Source: a virus (taxonomy: Duplodnaviria; Caudoviricetes). Taken from it: DNA of 64,000 nt. The stretch is from the IMG/VR virus record IMGVR_UViG_3300007177_000042. One strand, given 5' to 3'. Each line of letters begins with the position of its first letter. Position 1 is the first letter of the stretch. Position numbers and translations under genes: made by a program. Positions 41,022 through 51,542 of this stretch are shown here, piece after piece. The notes beneath the pieces are model-generated. The model saw only the letters and a list, made by a program, of their open reading frames with translations. It had not been told where the DNA came from and did not search any database.

Positions 41022-41330
41022 ATGAAAATAGTAGTAAATCGATCAAAGGGAGAAAAAATGGGATACAAACTTTCACAAGAAGCATGTGATATGTTGGGCG
41101 TTAAAGATCCTTACAGTTTTTATCTACAAGAAGACCGAACTAATCCTGATCTGATTAAGATCGTTGAGTTTTTACAAGAACGTGCTAATGGTGATACTGC
41201 TGATCTAAGAATCATTGAAGTGCCAGATGAATTAGAAACTAAGGATGATGAAGGACGTAGAGTGCGTCACTGGCATATGAGTGATACTATGGGATTTGAG
41301 GTCATTCGAGAAAATCATAGATTTTGGTGA
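41022..41330 (+). CDS. Conserved phage hypothetical protein
   Basis: MKIVVN...RTNPDLIKIVE...ANG...LRIIEVPD...HRFW family pattern. Confidence 0.75.
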   Translation: MKIVVNRSKGEKMGYKLSQEACDMLGVKDPYSFYLQEDRTNPDLIKIVEFLQERANGDTADLRIIEVPDELETKDDEGRRVRHWHMSDTMGFEVIRENHRFW

Positions 41331-41416
41331 GAATGAAGTTGACATTCAAAACATTCGTGGTATACTGTAAGTATAAATCGTAGTAACAACATTAACTATA
41401 ACACAATACAAAAGTT

Positions 41417-41605
41417 ATGTCTGATACAAAAAACAAAAAGTATGTAGTTGTCCGTAGCGGGCTTAGGGTTTCTGATTTGGAGTATGATACTCCGAGTGAT
41501 GCAGCCACTGAAGCAGAACATTGGAAGTCTATTATCAAGCGATGGCCAGATGGGTCGGTCATTGAGGTTGTAGAGAAGGACGAAAAGAAGCACCGCGTAT
41601 ACTAA
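41417..41605 (+). CDS. Hypothetical protein
   Basis: ORF track. Confidence 0.65.
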   Translation: MSDTKNKKYVVVRSGLRVSDLEYDTPSDAATEAEHWKSIIKRWPDGSVIEVVEKDEKKHRVY

Positions 41606-41609
41606 AAAT

Positions 41610-41834
41610 ATGGGTCTACGAGAACAAATTAAACAAACGGAATCGGAAGAACAAATTGTAGCCCTTCTTAAGGCTGCTCAAAAATATAAGTTTGCTTCCG
41701 AGCGAACCAAACGGTCATGGAAGTCTACTGCAAAATATCGAATTGCACAATTGACTTCTTCGGACATCGCACAAGAGGCTTCAGCAGAAGCTACTTCTTC
41801 TTCTAAGAAGAGTTCCAAGAAAAAGAACAAGTAA
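41610..41834 (+). CDS. Hypothetical protein
   Basis: ORF track; terminator at about 41858-41890. Confidence 0.65.
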   Translation: MGLREQIKQTESEEQIVALLKAAQKYKFASERTKRSWKSTAKYRIAQLTSSDIAQEASAEATSSSKKSSKKKNK

Positions 41835-41918
41835 TCAATCAAAATACTACGATTTGAAAAACGTCACCCAACGGTGACGTTTTTTTTTATTTAAGCAACA
41901 GTAGTTAAGACAATATTT

Positions 41919-42254
41919 ATGTTCGATACTGTTAATATGCCTAGAAAAGCAAAACCAAAACCGTTTGTTCTTCCATCTGATTTCAAAGAATTAAATACGT
42001 ATGTTGTTGATCATAAAAAGGAATTGATGGAAAAGGTGATCTCGTCAATTGAATTTGCTCTAGAAAAAAATATTCCGGTTGTAGAGGTCTTCGGGTTTAC
42101 AAACTCAGATTTTGTTGTAGCGATTTCACAAAGCGAATTCCGCAACAACATAACTCATATATACAATTTTTACATTCAAAACGAATGGTATGAATTGTGT
42201 GGAAGAGTTAAGAAAGTTGAATCGTTATTGGATACCAAACTTAAAAACCGATGA
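41919..42254 (+). CDS. Hypothetical protein
   Basis: ORF track; overlaps the phoH start. Confidence 0.7.
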   Translation: MFDTVNMPRKAKPKPFVLPSDFKELNTYVVDHKKELMEKVISSIEFALEKNIPVVEVFGFTNSDFVVAISQSEFRNNITHIYNFYIQNEWYELCGRVKKVESLLDTKLKNR

Positions 42255-42976
42255 AAAAAAATAAAAATCGTGCGGATACGAGTCCAACAGTCCCTCAGAA
42301 ACACAAAATCAAAAATGAAATCGACATACATGAACGAGAATTAAACGAAAAACAAAAACAATTTTTAGAACTCACGCTGGATAAAAAAACAAAACTGATG
42401 TTTGTAAGTGGTCCGGCTGGAACATCAAAAACGTACATGGCGATTTTGTCAGCGTTAAAGTTGATGAATGAAAAAAAGGTAAGTGATTTGTTGTATTTAA
42501 GAAGTGCTGTAGAGAGTTCGGATAGCAAGATTGGATTTCTTCCGGGAGAGGCTAATGAAAAAATGGCACCATACATTCAACCTCTTATAGAGAAACTTAC
42601 CGAACTTACAAACAAAGCCACTATAGATTGGTTGCAAAAAGAAGAACGTATTGAAAGCATTCCTATTGGTTTTTTGAGAGGATTAAACTGGAATGCAAGG
42701 TGTATTGTTGCAGATGAAGCACAAAATATGACTTACAAAGAACTTGTCACTCTTGTAACCCGTGTTGGAGAGTTCAGCAAAGTCTTTGTGATTGGAGATC
42801 CTGAACAAAGTGATATCAATTTGAAAAGCGGATTTGTTAAAATGATAAGTAATTTCGACGATGAAGAAAGTCGTGCCAATGGAATTCATGTTTTTGAATT
42901 TACAGAGGACGACATCGTTAGAAGCGAACTTGTCAAGTTCATAATCAAGAAACTTAAACAAATACACAAATCATGA
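42251..42976 (+). CDS. phoH: PhoH-family ATPase
   Basis: GPAGTSKT, IGFLPG, FLRG, IVADEAQN, TRVGE, GDPEQSD, DIVRS. Confidence 0.93.
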   Translation: MKKNKNRADTSPTVPQKHKIKNEIDIHERELNEKQKQFLELTLDKKTKLMFVSGPAGTSKTYMAILSALKLMNEKKVSDLLYLRSAVESSDSKIGFLPGEANEKMAPYIQPLIEKLTELTNKATIDWLQKEERIESIPIGFLRGLNWNARCIVADEAQNMTYKELVTLVTRVGEFSKVFVIGDPEQSDINLKSGFVKMISNFDDEESRANGIHVFEFTEDDIVRSELVKFIIKKLKQIHKS

Positions 42977-43449
42977 CTATAACAGATATCTCCCCGTCCA
43001 CCGCTGTTGGTGGTCAATGGATTTACATTCAAGGATCTGATTTTGATTTAACAAATACTCAGGTCTATTTTGGAACCGTACAATGTGTGGTATACGTCAT
43101 AACATCAACAAGTACGATTGCCGCGATGGTTCCTGATGGATGTCCTTCGACCTGTAACATTAAGATTGTTGATGGGCTAAATGAAGTTGTCAGTTCGATG
43201 ACATTTTCTCTAGCCACTATAACACAACCACCGATCATAGATTCCGTATATATCGATGTGGATACAGATTGGGTTGGTGTGATAGGAGATAACTTTGTTT
43301 GGAACAACACCACAATTACAATTGACGAACAACCTTTTACTGCATCGGTTGATGCTCCATCAATATGTGGCGCTCGAAAGGACATTTCATTAACCGTGAC
43401 TTCTGTTGTCATTCAAACACCATATGGATCCGTCACACATTCTGTTTAA
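42973..43449 (+). CDS. IPT/TIG-domain protein
   Basis: TITDISP...GGQWIYIQGSDF...VYFG. Confidence 0.75.
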   Translation: MTITDISPSTAVGGQWIYIQGSDFDLTNTQVYFGTVQCVVYVITSTSTIAAMVPDGCPSTCNIKIVDGLNEVVSSMTFSLATITQPPIIDSVYIDVDTDWVGVIGDNFVWNNTTITIDEQPFTASVDAPSICGARKDISLTVTSVVIQTPYGSVTHSV

Positions 43450-43493
43450 ACAAAATTGACTAATGTCGTATCCCATATTAGAGTGTATGGGAT

Positions 43494-44156
43494 ATGACAA
43501 AAACCTACACAGAAAAACAACTAGCGGATAATTACGAAAAGTTTATAAAGCAACTTTCTACATATTTTAGTGGAGAAAGACTTGCAAAACTACAACATCT
43601 TTATAGCGAAGATGAGTTTGGATATAGACTTATCATGGCACCAGCAAGTGCTCGTGAGCATTTTCACAACGCATATCCCGGCGGATATCTTGACCACATC
43701 AACAATGTGTTGACAACGTGTTTCGGTGTTAAAAAGTTATACGAAGTCCGTGGAGGAACAATCGACTTCACAGATGAAGAGTTAGCATTTGCAGCAATTC
43801 ATCACGATCTTGGAAAGTTGGGTGACAAGGAGCAAGGTGAATACTACCTTCCACAAGACAGTGATTGGCATCGTAAAAACAAGGGTGAAATTTACAAGTT
43901 TAATCCATCCTTGCAGTATATGGATGTCACAGACAGAGCATTGTTTATTCTACAACAGTATGGTGTTGTATGTACTTGGAAGGAGACATTAGCAATTAAA
44001 TTATCTGATGGATTGTATCATGAGGCCAACACTTCATACTTAAAGTCATATAATCCAGAACACGAACTGAAGACAAATCTTCCTAGAATTGTTCATATCG
44101 GAGACTATATCAGTTGTAGGTGTGAATGGGATCAGTGGAAGATTCAAAACGATTAA
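43494..44156 (+). CDS. HD-domain phosphohydrolase
   Basis: HFHNAYPGGYLDH...HHDLGKLG...SDG. Confidence 0.88.
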   Translation: MTKTYTEKQLADNYEKFIKQLSTYFSGERLAKLQHLYSEDEFGYRLIMAPASAREHFHNAYPGGYLDHINNVLTTCFGVKKLYEVRGGTIDFTDEELAFAAIHHDLGKLGDKEQGEYYLPQDSDWHRKNKGEIYKFNPSLQYMDVTDRALFILQQYGVVCTWKETLAIKLSDGLYHEANTSYLKSYNPEHELKTNLPRIVHIGDYISCRCEWDQWKIQND

Positions 44157-44159
44157 AAT

Positions 44160-45455
44160 ATGGAAGACGAATCAATATTTGTACAAATAGCATCTTATAG
44201 GGACCCTGAGTTAGTGCCAACCATAATGGATATGTTTGCGTCAGCAGACAATCCAGAATTGTTACACGTTTGTATCTGTTGGCAACACGACGACTCTGAA
44301 AATCTTGATGTTTTAAAATCGTATTCAAATATTGAAATCATTGATGTTCCTTACTATGAAAGTAAAGGAGCATGTTGGGCACGAAACCAAATTCAACGTC
44401 GTTATGATGGCGAACGATATACGCTTCAGTTGGATTCACATCATAGGTTTGTTAACGGATGGGATACTATACTGAAGTCGATGTATAACCAATGTAAGAG
44501 TATGGGCAGTGAAAAACCTTTAATTACTGCCTATATTCCCGCTTTTAATCCGTTTGATGATAAAGACTCGTATGAAACAATTCCATGGAAAATGAACTTT
44601 CATAAGTTTTTACCAGACGGACCAGTGTTTTTTGTTCCATCTCCTATAGATGACCACGAACTGTTGGACGCGCCCATTCCTGCTAGATTTTATTCAGCAC
44701 ATTTTGCATTTGCTGATGGTAAATTTGCTGAGGAAGTGCGACACGATCCTGAATTTTATTTCTACGGAGAAGAAATTAGCATAGCAGTTAGAGCGTTTAC
44801 TCATGGATATGATTTATATCACCCTCACAAAGTGATATGTTGGCATGAATATACTCGATCCGCGAGGTTCAAACACTGGGATGACCATGATAAATCTAAA
44901 CAAGACATGAAGGGTATAAAAAAATCTTGGTGGGAAAGAGATCATCACAGTCAGAAAAGAAATCGTGTGTTGTTTGGTATGGAACAAGACGATGACATAA
45001 AAATCAAAGAAAGATATAATTTTGGAACGTCACGTACTCTGCAAGACTATGAAAGATATGCTGGGGTAAACTTCAAAAATAAAGAAGTGAGTGTTTATAC
45101 ATTGATGGGTAAGCCCGCACCTACACCGTATAACGAAAATTATGTACCGGGTGAAGATCCACAATCATTGCAAATTGTTACAATCAACAAAGAAGTAACA
45201 ATAGATCTCAATATTCTTCATAACAGTATATTACAAAAAATAACTGTTAATGTGTATGATAAACAAAATCGATTGATCACAACGAAAATGTTCAATTCAC
45301 AAATAATAAACGTTTGGAGACTATCAAAGAATCCAATTTCTTATTTTGAGACGATTGATGTATTATCCAATAATCAAGAATTGACATACGAACTAGTCGG
45401 TTATGACATTTCTAACAGAACTGTTATGTCGATTAAAAAAAATTTTGATGCTTGA
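44160..45455 (+). CDS. GT60-like (Skp1 GlcNAc-transferase type) glycosyltransferase
   Basis: IFVQIASYRDPEL...SKGACWAR...LQLDSHHRF...FYGEEISIAVRAFTHGYD. Confidence 0.85.
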   Translation: MEDESIFVQIASYRDPELVPTIMDMFASADNPELLHVCICWQHDDSENLDVLKSYSNIEIIDVPYYESKGACWARNQIQRRYDGERYTLQLDSHHRFVNGWDTILKSMYNQCKSMGSEKPLITAYIPAFNPFDDKDSYETIPWKMNFHKFLPDGPVFFVPSPIDDHELLDAPIPARFYSAHFAFADGKFAEEVRHDPEFYFYGEEISIAVRAFTHGYDLYHPHKVICWHEYTRSARFKHWDDHDKSKQDMKGIKKSWWERDHHSQKRNRVLFGMEQDDDIKIKERYNFGTSRTLQDYERYAGVNFKNKEVSVYTLMGKPAPTPYNENYVPGEDPQSLQIVTINKEVTIDLNILHNSILQKITVNVYDKQNRLITTKMFNSQIINVWRLSKNPISYFETIDVLSNNQELTYELVGYDISNRTVMSIKKNFDA

Positions 45456-45565
45456 TTTTTCCGTTTGAACAATATATATTACCGGTGATGAATATGTCAT
45501 CCATTTACGCTCATTATGAGGTAGATGAATAGGTCTATAAAGACTATTAACAAAAGGAATAAAAT

Positions 45566-46024
45566 ATGAATAACATTGAAAGATATTCGTTTGATAGAGA
45601 TGAGTTTTTGACTCCATTCGATAGTTTGTTTGATAGAGTGTTTGGATCACAGATTCCTAGTTTCTCCAAGGAATTCGGTCCCGACTTTTTCCAAAAGGGA
45701 TCATATCCGAAGGTAAACGTGATCGATTATAAGAATCACATTGAGATTGTGGCGGAAATTCCCGGATTGTCTAAGGATAATGTAACCGTTAATGTTCAAG
45801 GAAATACGTTGACTATTTCGGGTACAAAGACTAATTCCGGAAAAGAAGAAGGATTGTATATTTTACGTGAATTGAAGCATTCTTCATTTAAACGTAGTTT
45901 CTCGTTGGGGGAGAATATTGATACGGAAAATATTGATGCAGCGTTTGATAATGGTATTTTGAAGGTCACGCTCAAAAAAGTGGTTCCTTCCAAACCAGAT
46001 GTTCGAAAAATTGAAATCAAGTAA
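45566..46024 (+). CDS. Small heat shock protein (Hsp20)
   Basis: YPKVNV...AEIPGLSKDNV...RSFSL...AAFDNGILKVTL. Confidence 0.93.
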   Translation: MNNIERYSFDRDEFLTPFDSLFDRVFGSQIPSFSKEFGPDFFQKGSYPKVNVIDYKNHIEIVAEIPGLSKDNVTVNVQGNTLTISGTKTNSGKEEGLYILRELKHSSFKRSFSLGENIDTENIDAAFDNGILKVTLKKVVPSKPDVRKIEIK

Positions 46025-46050
46025 ATCAACTAAATAAAGTTATATTCCGA

Positions 46051-46080
46051 AACCCCACCCTAAAAGGTGGGGTTTTTCCT
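46051..46080 (+). terminator. Intrinsic terminator
   Basis: AAACCCCACC-ctaaaa-GGTGGGGTTT followed by T residues. Confidence 0.8.
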
Positions 46081-46082
46081 TT

Positions 46083-47120
46083 TTGTATATATTTATTGGT
46101 ATGAAAAAATATCTATTGAATTTCAATAATCTGTTGGGGTTTTCTGCGTTGTTCGTTGCAGCATGCGCAGCTTTTTTCTCCATATGGGGTATTGGTCTAT
46201 TGTTTTCAGGGGCGTCTATATCATCGATGATTATGGCATCGTCTTTGGAGTTGGGTAAATTAGTGGCGACATCGTTTTTGTATAGGTTCTGGAAACGAAC
46301 ACAGTCGTTGTTGAAAACATATTTGTGTATTGCTGTTGTTGTATTGATGGGAATTACATCTCTTGGTATTTTTGGATACCTTACAAGCGCATATCAACAA
46401 TCATCAGTTCAATATTCAATGATGCAAGATCAAATTATTACTTTGGAATCTCAAAAAAAATCATATGTTGAAAAAATAGATGATGTTAAAAAGAGAATCG
46501 AATCTCTTTCTGTGTTGCGTAAAAATCAGGAAGATCGATTGAGTCAAGTAAATACAAATACGTTATTGGCTCGAAATATTATTCAATTTCGTCAAGTTCA
46601 AGATCAAACAATGGAGTTGATTGATCAAACAGATAAGAACATCAAAACAGAAAATGACAAATCACAAAATTTCCTATCTGAGATAGAAGCAATAGATAAG
46701 AAAATCAATGATGTTAAATTATCGTCTTCTTCTGCCAAAGATATTCAGACATTTAAGTTTGTTGCTGATGCTATGAACGTGGATCTAAATACTGTAGTAA
46801 AATGGTTTATTTTGATTTTGATTTTTGTATTTGATCCTTTGGCGGTGGCATTAGTTTTGGCTTACAATGTTGCTATGGCTAAAGAATATGCTATATATAG
46901 TGATACAGATGATGGTGAAATTCCGTCAACCGTTTCATCTTCAGCCATGGATATAAAACCACAAGAAAATACATCTACTCAAACAGAACCGTCTACACCA
47001 CCAGTCCAACCTTCGGTGGAATCCCAATCGACGATTGAATCTCAACAACCGATTGCATCCACTCCTACAGAAAAATCAAAACAGGACGAGTTTTTTAAGC
47101 TCAATTTTGCACATCGGTAA
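46083..47120 (+). CDS. Membrane-anchored coiled-coil protein conserved in T4-like large phages (start probably 46101)
   Basis: Three N-terminal TMs (SLELGKLV, MGITSLGIFGYL), coiled coil, C-terminal TM IFVFDPLAV. Confidence 0.75.
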   Translation: MYIFIGMKKYLLNFNNLLGFSALFVAACAAFFSIWGIGLLFSGASISSMIMASSLELGKLVATSFLYRFWKRTQSLLKTYLCIAVVVLMGITSLGIFGYLTSAYQQSSVQYSMMQDQIITLESQKKSYVEKIDDVKKRIESLSVLRKNQEDRLSQVNTNTLLARNIIQFRQVQDQTMELIDQTDKNIKTENDKSQNFLSEIEAIDKKINDVKLSSSSAKDIQTFKFVADAMNVDLNTVVKWFILILIFVFDPLAVALVLAYNVAMAKEYAIYSDTDDGEIPSTVSSSAMDIKPQENTSTQTEPSTPPVQPSVESQSTIESQQPIASTPTEKSKQDEFFKLNFAHR

Positions 47121-47336
47121 AAAATTTTGTAGGTTTCTAAAACGAATCACTATTTAAGTACATCTAAATGAGATACACATCATCGGCATTCCCCTTAGTA
47201 TGAATCAACAAGAAATTTGTGAAATAGTTGACATGTTAGCTGACGCAATAAAAACCAAAGATTGGGAATTGGTTGATGAAGCTTTAATGTATATTAAAGA
47301 CTATTGCCCAGACTATGATGAAGATATAGAAGAGGA

Positions 47337-47642
47337 GTGATTATGATTATTTGGTTATGTATTATTGGATTGGTGTTGCTATGTGTTTTGTCGGGCGTAT
47401 TAACATATCTTCTTACCATTGCACAAAATAAAATTGACATTTATGAGGAATGGATATTAGAATTCAAGAATGATGTCAATGGTGTTTATCGACAATTGAA
47501 AAATATTGATGATAAAAACTTATTTGAAAAAGATGATGATGTTGGAGTCATTTTTTCAGAAATGTCCACCTTGATTGATAAATTAAATACCAGAATTAAA
47601 ACCGATGTCAACACTAAAAAAGAAATCCAAGAAAACGAATAA
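47337..47642 (+). CDS. Membrane protein
   Basis: N-terminal TM, FEKDDDVG motif. Confidence 0.7.
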   Translation: MIMIIWLCIIGLVLLCVLSGVLTYLLTIAQNKIDIYEEWILEFKNDVNGVYRQLKNIDDKNLFEKDDDVGVIFSEMSTLIDKLNTRIKTDVNTKKEIQENE

Positions 47643-48495
47643 AGGACTGAGTAACATTCTCAAAAAGAAAGTCACACAACCAAAAACTAAATTGGAGAAG
47701 AAATCAAAAAAACTCAAGGAAGACTGCAATCTGAAAATTGAGGAACTTCCAATTCTGGAAGTAGAAAATATAGAAGATGTTGATCTTGAAACTACATCCT
47801 CGCCCAAGAAAAAGAAACTCATCAAAGAAAAGATGTACTTCACATCTGTAACAGAGGATGCTATTATTCAATACAATCAAGAAGAAGATGCCAGTGTTCG
47901 TGATGAAATTTACAATACACAGATAAAATTTGCATTTGAAAAATTGGTGGAAAACGTTTTCAACACATTCAAATTCTGTTACTTTGAAACAAGTCCTATT
48001 GAAGTTCAAAAAGAAACCGTAGCTCACTTGGTCGCAAATATGCACAAGTTTGAAAAAGGAAAAGGAAAAGCATTTAGTTATTTTAGCATCATTGCAAAGA
48101 ACTATCTAATTTTTCAAAATAACACTAACTATAAACGGTTCAACCAACATGTTGAGATTGGCGAAGACAACGGAGAAAATACGTATAAACTTCAACAGGA
48201 AGACTCCCACTATAAGGAAGAACAAAGTCGAGAGTTTATTGATCTTATGGTGACATTTTGGGAAAAGAATATCTCTAAAATTTTCACCAAACAACGAGAC
48301 ATTAACATTGCAAATGCTGTAATTGAGTTGTTTAGAAATAGTGATCGAATAGATGCTTTCAATAAAAAAGCATTGTATTTGTATATTAGGGAGATTTCTT
48401 CATGTAAGACTCAACAAATCACCAAAGTTATCAACAAAATGAAAAACTATCAGGCAAATATTACCAGAATGTATGCGGATGAAGGAAGTATCTAA
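47605..48495 (+). CDS. Putative phage sigma factor (gp55/sigma70 region-2-like)
   Basis: YFT...EDAIIQYN...HKFEKGKGKAFSYFSIIAKNYLI resembles region 2; start uncertain. Confidence 0.6.
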   Translation: MSTLKKKSKKTNKGLSNILKKKVTQPKTKLEKKSKKLKEDCNLKIEELPILEVENIEDVDLETTSSPKKKKLIKEKMYFTSVTEDAIIQYNQEEDASVRDEIYNTQIKFAFEKLVENVFNTFKFCYFETSPIEVQKETVAHLVANMHKFEKGKGKAFSYFSIIAKNYLIFQNNTNYKRFNQHVEIGEDNGENTYKLQQEDSHYKEEQSREFIDLMVTFWEKNISKIFTKQRDINIANAVIELFRNSDRIDAFNKKALYLYIREISSCKTQQITKVINKMKNYQANITRMYADEGSI

Positions 48496-48572
48496 TACAC
48501 AATCTACAAAATAAAATAAGGAAAACCACTCAGTTTTGAGTGGTTTTTCTATTTATACCATGAATTGTTGAT

Positions 48573-48950
48573 ATGGACAACGACATTGAGATATATAAAA
48601 ACAAAAAGTTTTCGGATCTATGCAAGGATATTGTATCCAACTCTGAAAGCAGTCGTGATCAATTGGATATATTAATCAGCGACCTACGATTATTGGTTAA
48701 AACTCCAAATGATGCGTTGTTGATTGTACCACTAATCCGAGACTATTTAGATGTAAGAGTAAGAAACGACGAACATTTGGTAAAACTTGCTGCTGTGATT
48801 CAAAAAATCATAACACGTCAATCCGTTAATGTTGACGGATCGATGGAAGGATTTGTTATTACGGAAGAAGAGAAACGACAGATTATGCAAGAGATCGAAG
48901 GAATTAAAATAGAAGCAGAAAAGCCGGTAAAACCCACTAAAGTAAAATGA
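48573..48950 (+). CDS. Conserved hypothetical protein of large phages
   Basis: VPLIRDYLDVRVRNDEHLVKLA. Confidence 0.7.
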   Translation: MDNDIEIYKNKKFSDLCKDIVSNSESSRDQLDILISDLRLLVKTPNDALLIVPLIRDYLDVRVRNDEHLVKLAAVIQKIITRQSVNVDGSMEGFVITEEEKRQIMQEIEGIKIEAEKPVKPTKVK

Positions 48951-50668
48951 CAAATAATAATCCTTTACCAATGGATTTGTCAAAAGATACAAATCTATTG
49001 GCAACAAAAAAAGATGTTAAGTTTCTCTTACAAGATCAACGAGCATGCGTTCAATATGAACCAGCGGTGGTTTTGGATATTATTTTGGATCAGGACCATC
49101 CAGAATTAACCGATAAAGGACATTACATTGATACCGGACAATGGCCAGAAAACTATATTGGTCAAAAAGCAAATGTAGATGATATCGACTATACATGGGT
49201 TGGCCGTGCCAAAATACGACTTTTGAATTCACAAACAAGTTTGCCAAAAGAAGGATTGTCATGGGCCATGCCTTTAGAAATTGGTATATCAGAGTATCCT
49301 TTGGTAAACGAAATTGTAGGTGTAATTGAGTATCAGGGAAATCTCTATTATACACGAAAAATTAATTACAGAAATTTCATCAACAATAACGCTGACATAG
49401 GTTTTGAATTGACATATGGTGGCGGAATGGGAAATCGTGAGGAATTGTCTGATGAAAAAGACCCACAATTTGTAGACTACAAAGGACCGGTGAGTAAATT
49501 AACGGACGACGGGGGTTATGGATTTGAGGGTGCATTGGGTCGGTACTTTTTACATAATCCAAATATTCGGTCACTAAAACGATTTGAAGGTGATACCGTA
49601 TATGAAAGTCGATTTGGACAATCAATACGACTGGGTGCGTATGATGATAACCGTGAAAATGACAAAGGATACAGCAATGTACCCGAAGAAAATTTCAACG
49701 GATATGATGATTATAACATAGGTAAAGGTAAGAAAAACAACTTCTATAAAGGTAAGTTTTATGTTGGTGGTGGAAATCCAATGATGTTGTTTCGAAACCG
49801 CCAGAGACCATTAAAAAAGAACAGAGATATTCAATTACACCCACGTCTTCCAATTATACACAAAATCGACGAGGATGACAACGATAATCCGGAAAAAAAC
49901 GTTGGAGGGTATCTGTTAGAAGACATTAATAATGATGGAACATCCATACACATTACATCAGGATGTACCATTTCTAAATTTGTTACTACGTGTTACAAAC
50001 GAATGTTTGGTGTCATCGGATCTGATACTGGTGAAGAAGTTGATGCGTTTTGTCCACCCAATGCTACGGAGTTTAAATATCCGATACTCAACAAAGATCA
50101 GTTTGTATTGAATACAGATAGAATCATACTCAGTAGTAGATTTGGAGAGACATTTCATTTTTCAAAACGACGATATGCAATTGTTACTGATTCGGAATAT
50201 ACTCTAGATGCTCATGATCAAGTGGTAATTACCACTCACAAAAAAGCAGTTATTAATGCGCCTGTAATTTTCTTGGGAGAATATAATCAAACCGGAGAGC
50301 CCGCTTTGCTGGGTCAAACCACTGTAGATTGGTTGTTTGATTTGTGTGAATGGCTTAAAACACATGTTCATTGGTACATCCACAGTCATCCTGATGCTGG
50401 TGGTGCAGATCCTAATTTTACACAAGTTCCAGTTCAGTTACTTGATTTACAAGATTTAGAAAACCGATTAGATATATTGTTAAGCCGACGAGTATTTCTT
50501 ACTGGCGGTGGATATGCTCCGGGTCAAGATGGTGTCCCAATCACTGATGGATCCGATCCTACGGTAATCAACACTATTACAGGTGAAGGTGTTCCGGGTG
50601 GATTCAACGGTGCGGATCGAAGAGGGCGACAAGAAACTGGAGAATTGAATGTCAACAGTACAACATAA
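48947..50668 (+). CDS. Putative baseplate hub/spike-associated protein (gp5-like)
   Basis: N-terminal OB-like YPLVNEIV; FEGDTVYESRFGQSIRLG; adjacent to gp25- and gp6-like genes. Confidence 0.6.
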   Translation: MTNNNPLPMDLSKDTNLLATKKDVKFLLQDQRACVQYEPAVVLDIILDQDHPELTDKGHYIDTGQWPENYIGQKANVDDIDYTWVGRAKIRLLNSQTSLPKEGLSWAMPLEIGISEYPLVNEIVGVIEYQGNLYYTRKINYRNFINNNADIGFELTYGGGMGNREELSDEKDPQFVDYKGPVSKLTDDGGYGFEGALGRYFLHNPNIRSLKRFEGDTVYESRFGQSIRLGAYDDNRENDKGYSNVPEENFNGYDDYNIGKGKKNNFYKGKFYVGGGNPMMLFRNRQRPLKKNRDIQLHPRLPIIHKIDEDDNDNPEKNVGGYLLEDINNDGTSIHITSGCTISKFVTTCYKRMFGVIGSDTGEEVDAFCPPNATEFKYPILNKDQFVLNTDRIILSSRFGETFHFSKRRYAIVTDSEYTLDAHDQVVITTHKKAVINAPVIFLGEYNQTGEPALLGQTTVDWLFDLCEWLKTHVHWYIHSHPDAGGADPNFTQVPVQLLDLQDLENRLDILLSRRVFLTGGGYAPGQDGVPITDGSDPTVINTITGEGVPGGFNGADRRGRQETGELNVNSTT

Positions 50669-50708
50669 CTAGTGTTTCTACGTCGTATTTTCATATTTAT
50701 CAATTACT

Positions 50709-51149
50709 ATGACCAAAGAATCTTTAAAACAATTGATCAGAGAGATTGTCCAAGAAGAAATTAAACAAACTCTTCCGACAGTTCTTCCACAGATTATGGC
50801 TGAAATCTTCACTGGTAAGGGTCAACAGACGACTTCCACGTTAAAGAATGAAGTTAAAAAGCAACAAACAACAAATACTGTTGTTGAGAAGCCGAAGAAG
50901 GAATTAAAAGTATATACAAAAAATGAAATTCTTAACAAGGTTTTGAATGAAACTGTGGGTGGTGTTCCTCAAGAAGGTTCTTTAGTAGCATCGGGGATGG
51001 GTCAATCTACAGTATCCGTTATGGACCACGTTGATAAAGTACCAGAACCCGTATCAAAGGCATTAACCAGAAACTATTCGTCGTTGCTTAAGGCAATGGA
51101 TAGGAAACGAGGGTCTACATCTGGTAGTAACCTAGTCGGAATGATGTAA
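50709..51149 (+). CDS. Hypothetical protein
   Basis: LKQLIREIVQEEIK motif common in large-phage late genes. Confidence 0.7.
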   Translation: MTKESLKQLIREIVQEEIKQTLPTVLPQIMAEIFTGKGQQTTSTLKNEVKKQQTTNTVVEKPKKELKVYTKNEILNKVLNETVGGVPQEGSLVASGMGQSTVSVMDHVDKVPEPVSKALTRNYSSLLKAMDRKRGSTSGSNLVGMM

Positions 51150-51150
51150 T

Positions 51151-51540
51151 ATGGCTAACTTGTATCCACTCGGGTTGACTTTACCTATTCAAAACGGGTC
51201 TGGTGGATTTTTTGCTCAAACAACATATACACTGGAACAGGTAAAGACCAACATAATCAATCTGTTGAATACCCGAAAGGGAGAAAGACGTATGCAGCCT
51301 ACGTTTGGTCATTCTCTTAACAAGTTTGTATTTGATCAAAATGATGCTACTTTGCCACAACGTGTAAAACAATCACTTACCAACGATATAAACTATTGGG
51401 TACCTGTTGCTAATATAGATAATATCGAGATAAAAGTCCTAAAAAAGGAAGATGTGGATATTTATAGACTATACATCAATTTGACCATATCTGTAAATAA
51501 TGATCAAGCCTCAATTGAGATGTTTTTGGAAAATAACTAA
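51151..51540 (+). CDS. Baseplate wedge gp25-like protein
   Basis: VKTNIINLLNTRKGERRMQPTFG. Confidence 0.88.
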   Translation: MANLYPLGLTLPIQNGSGGFFAQTTYTLEQVKTNIINLLNTRKGERRMQPTFGHSLNKFVFDQNDATLPQRVKQSLTNDINYWVPVANIDNIEIKVLKKEDVDIYRLYINLTISVNNDQASIEMFLENN

Positions 51541-51542
51541 TT

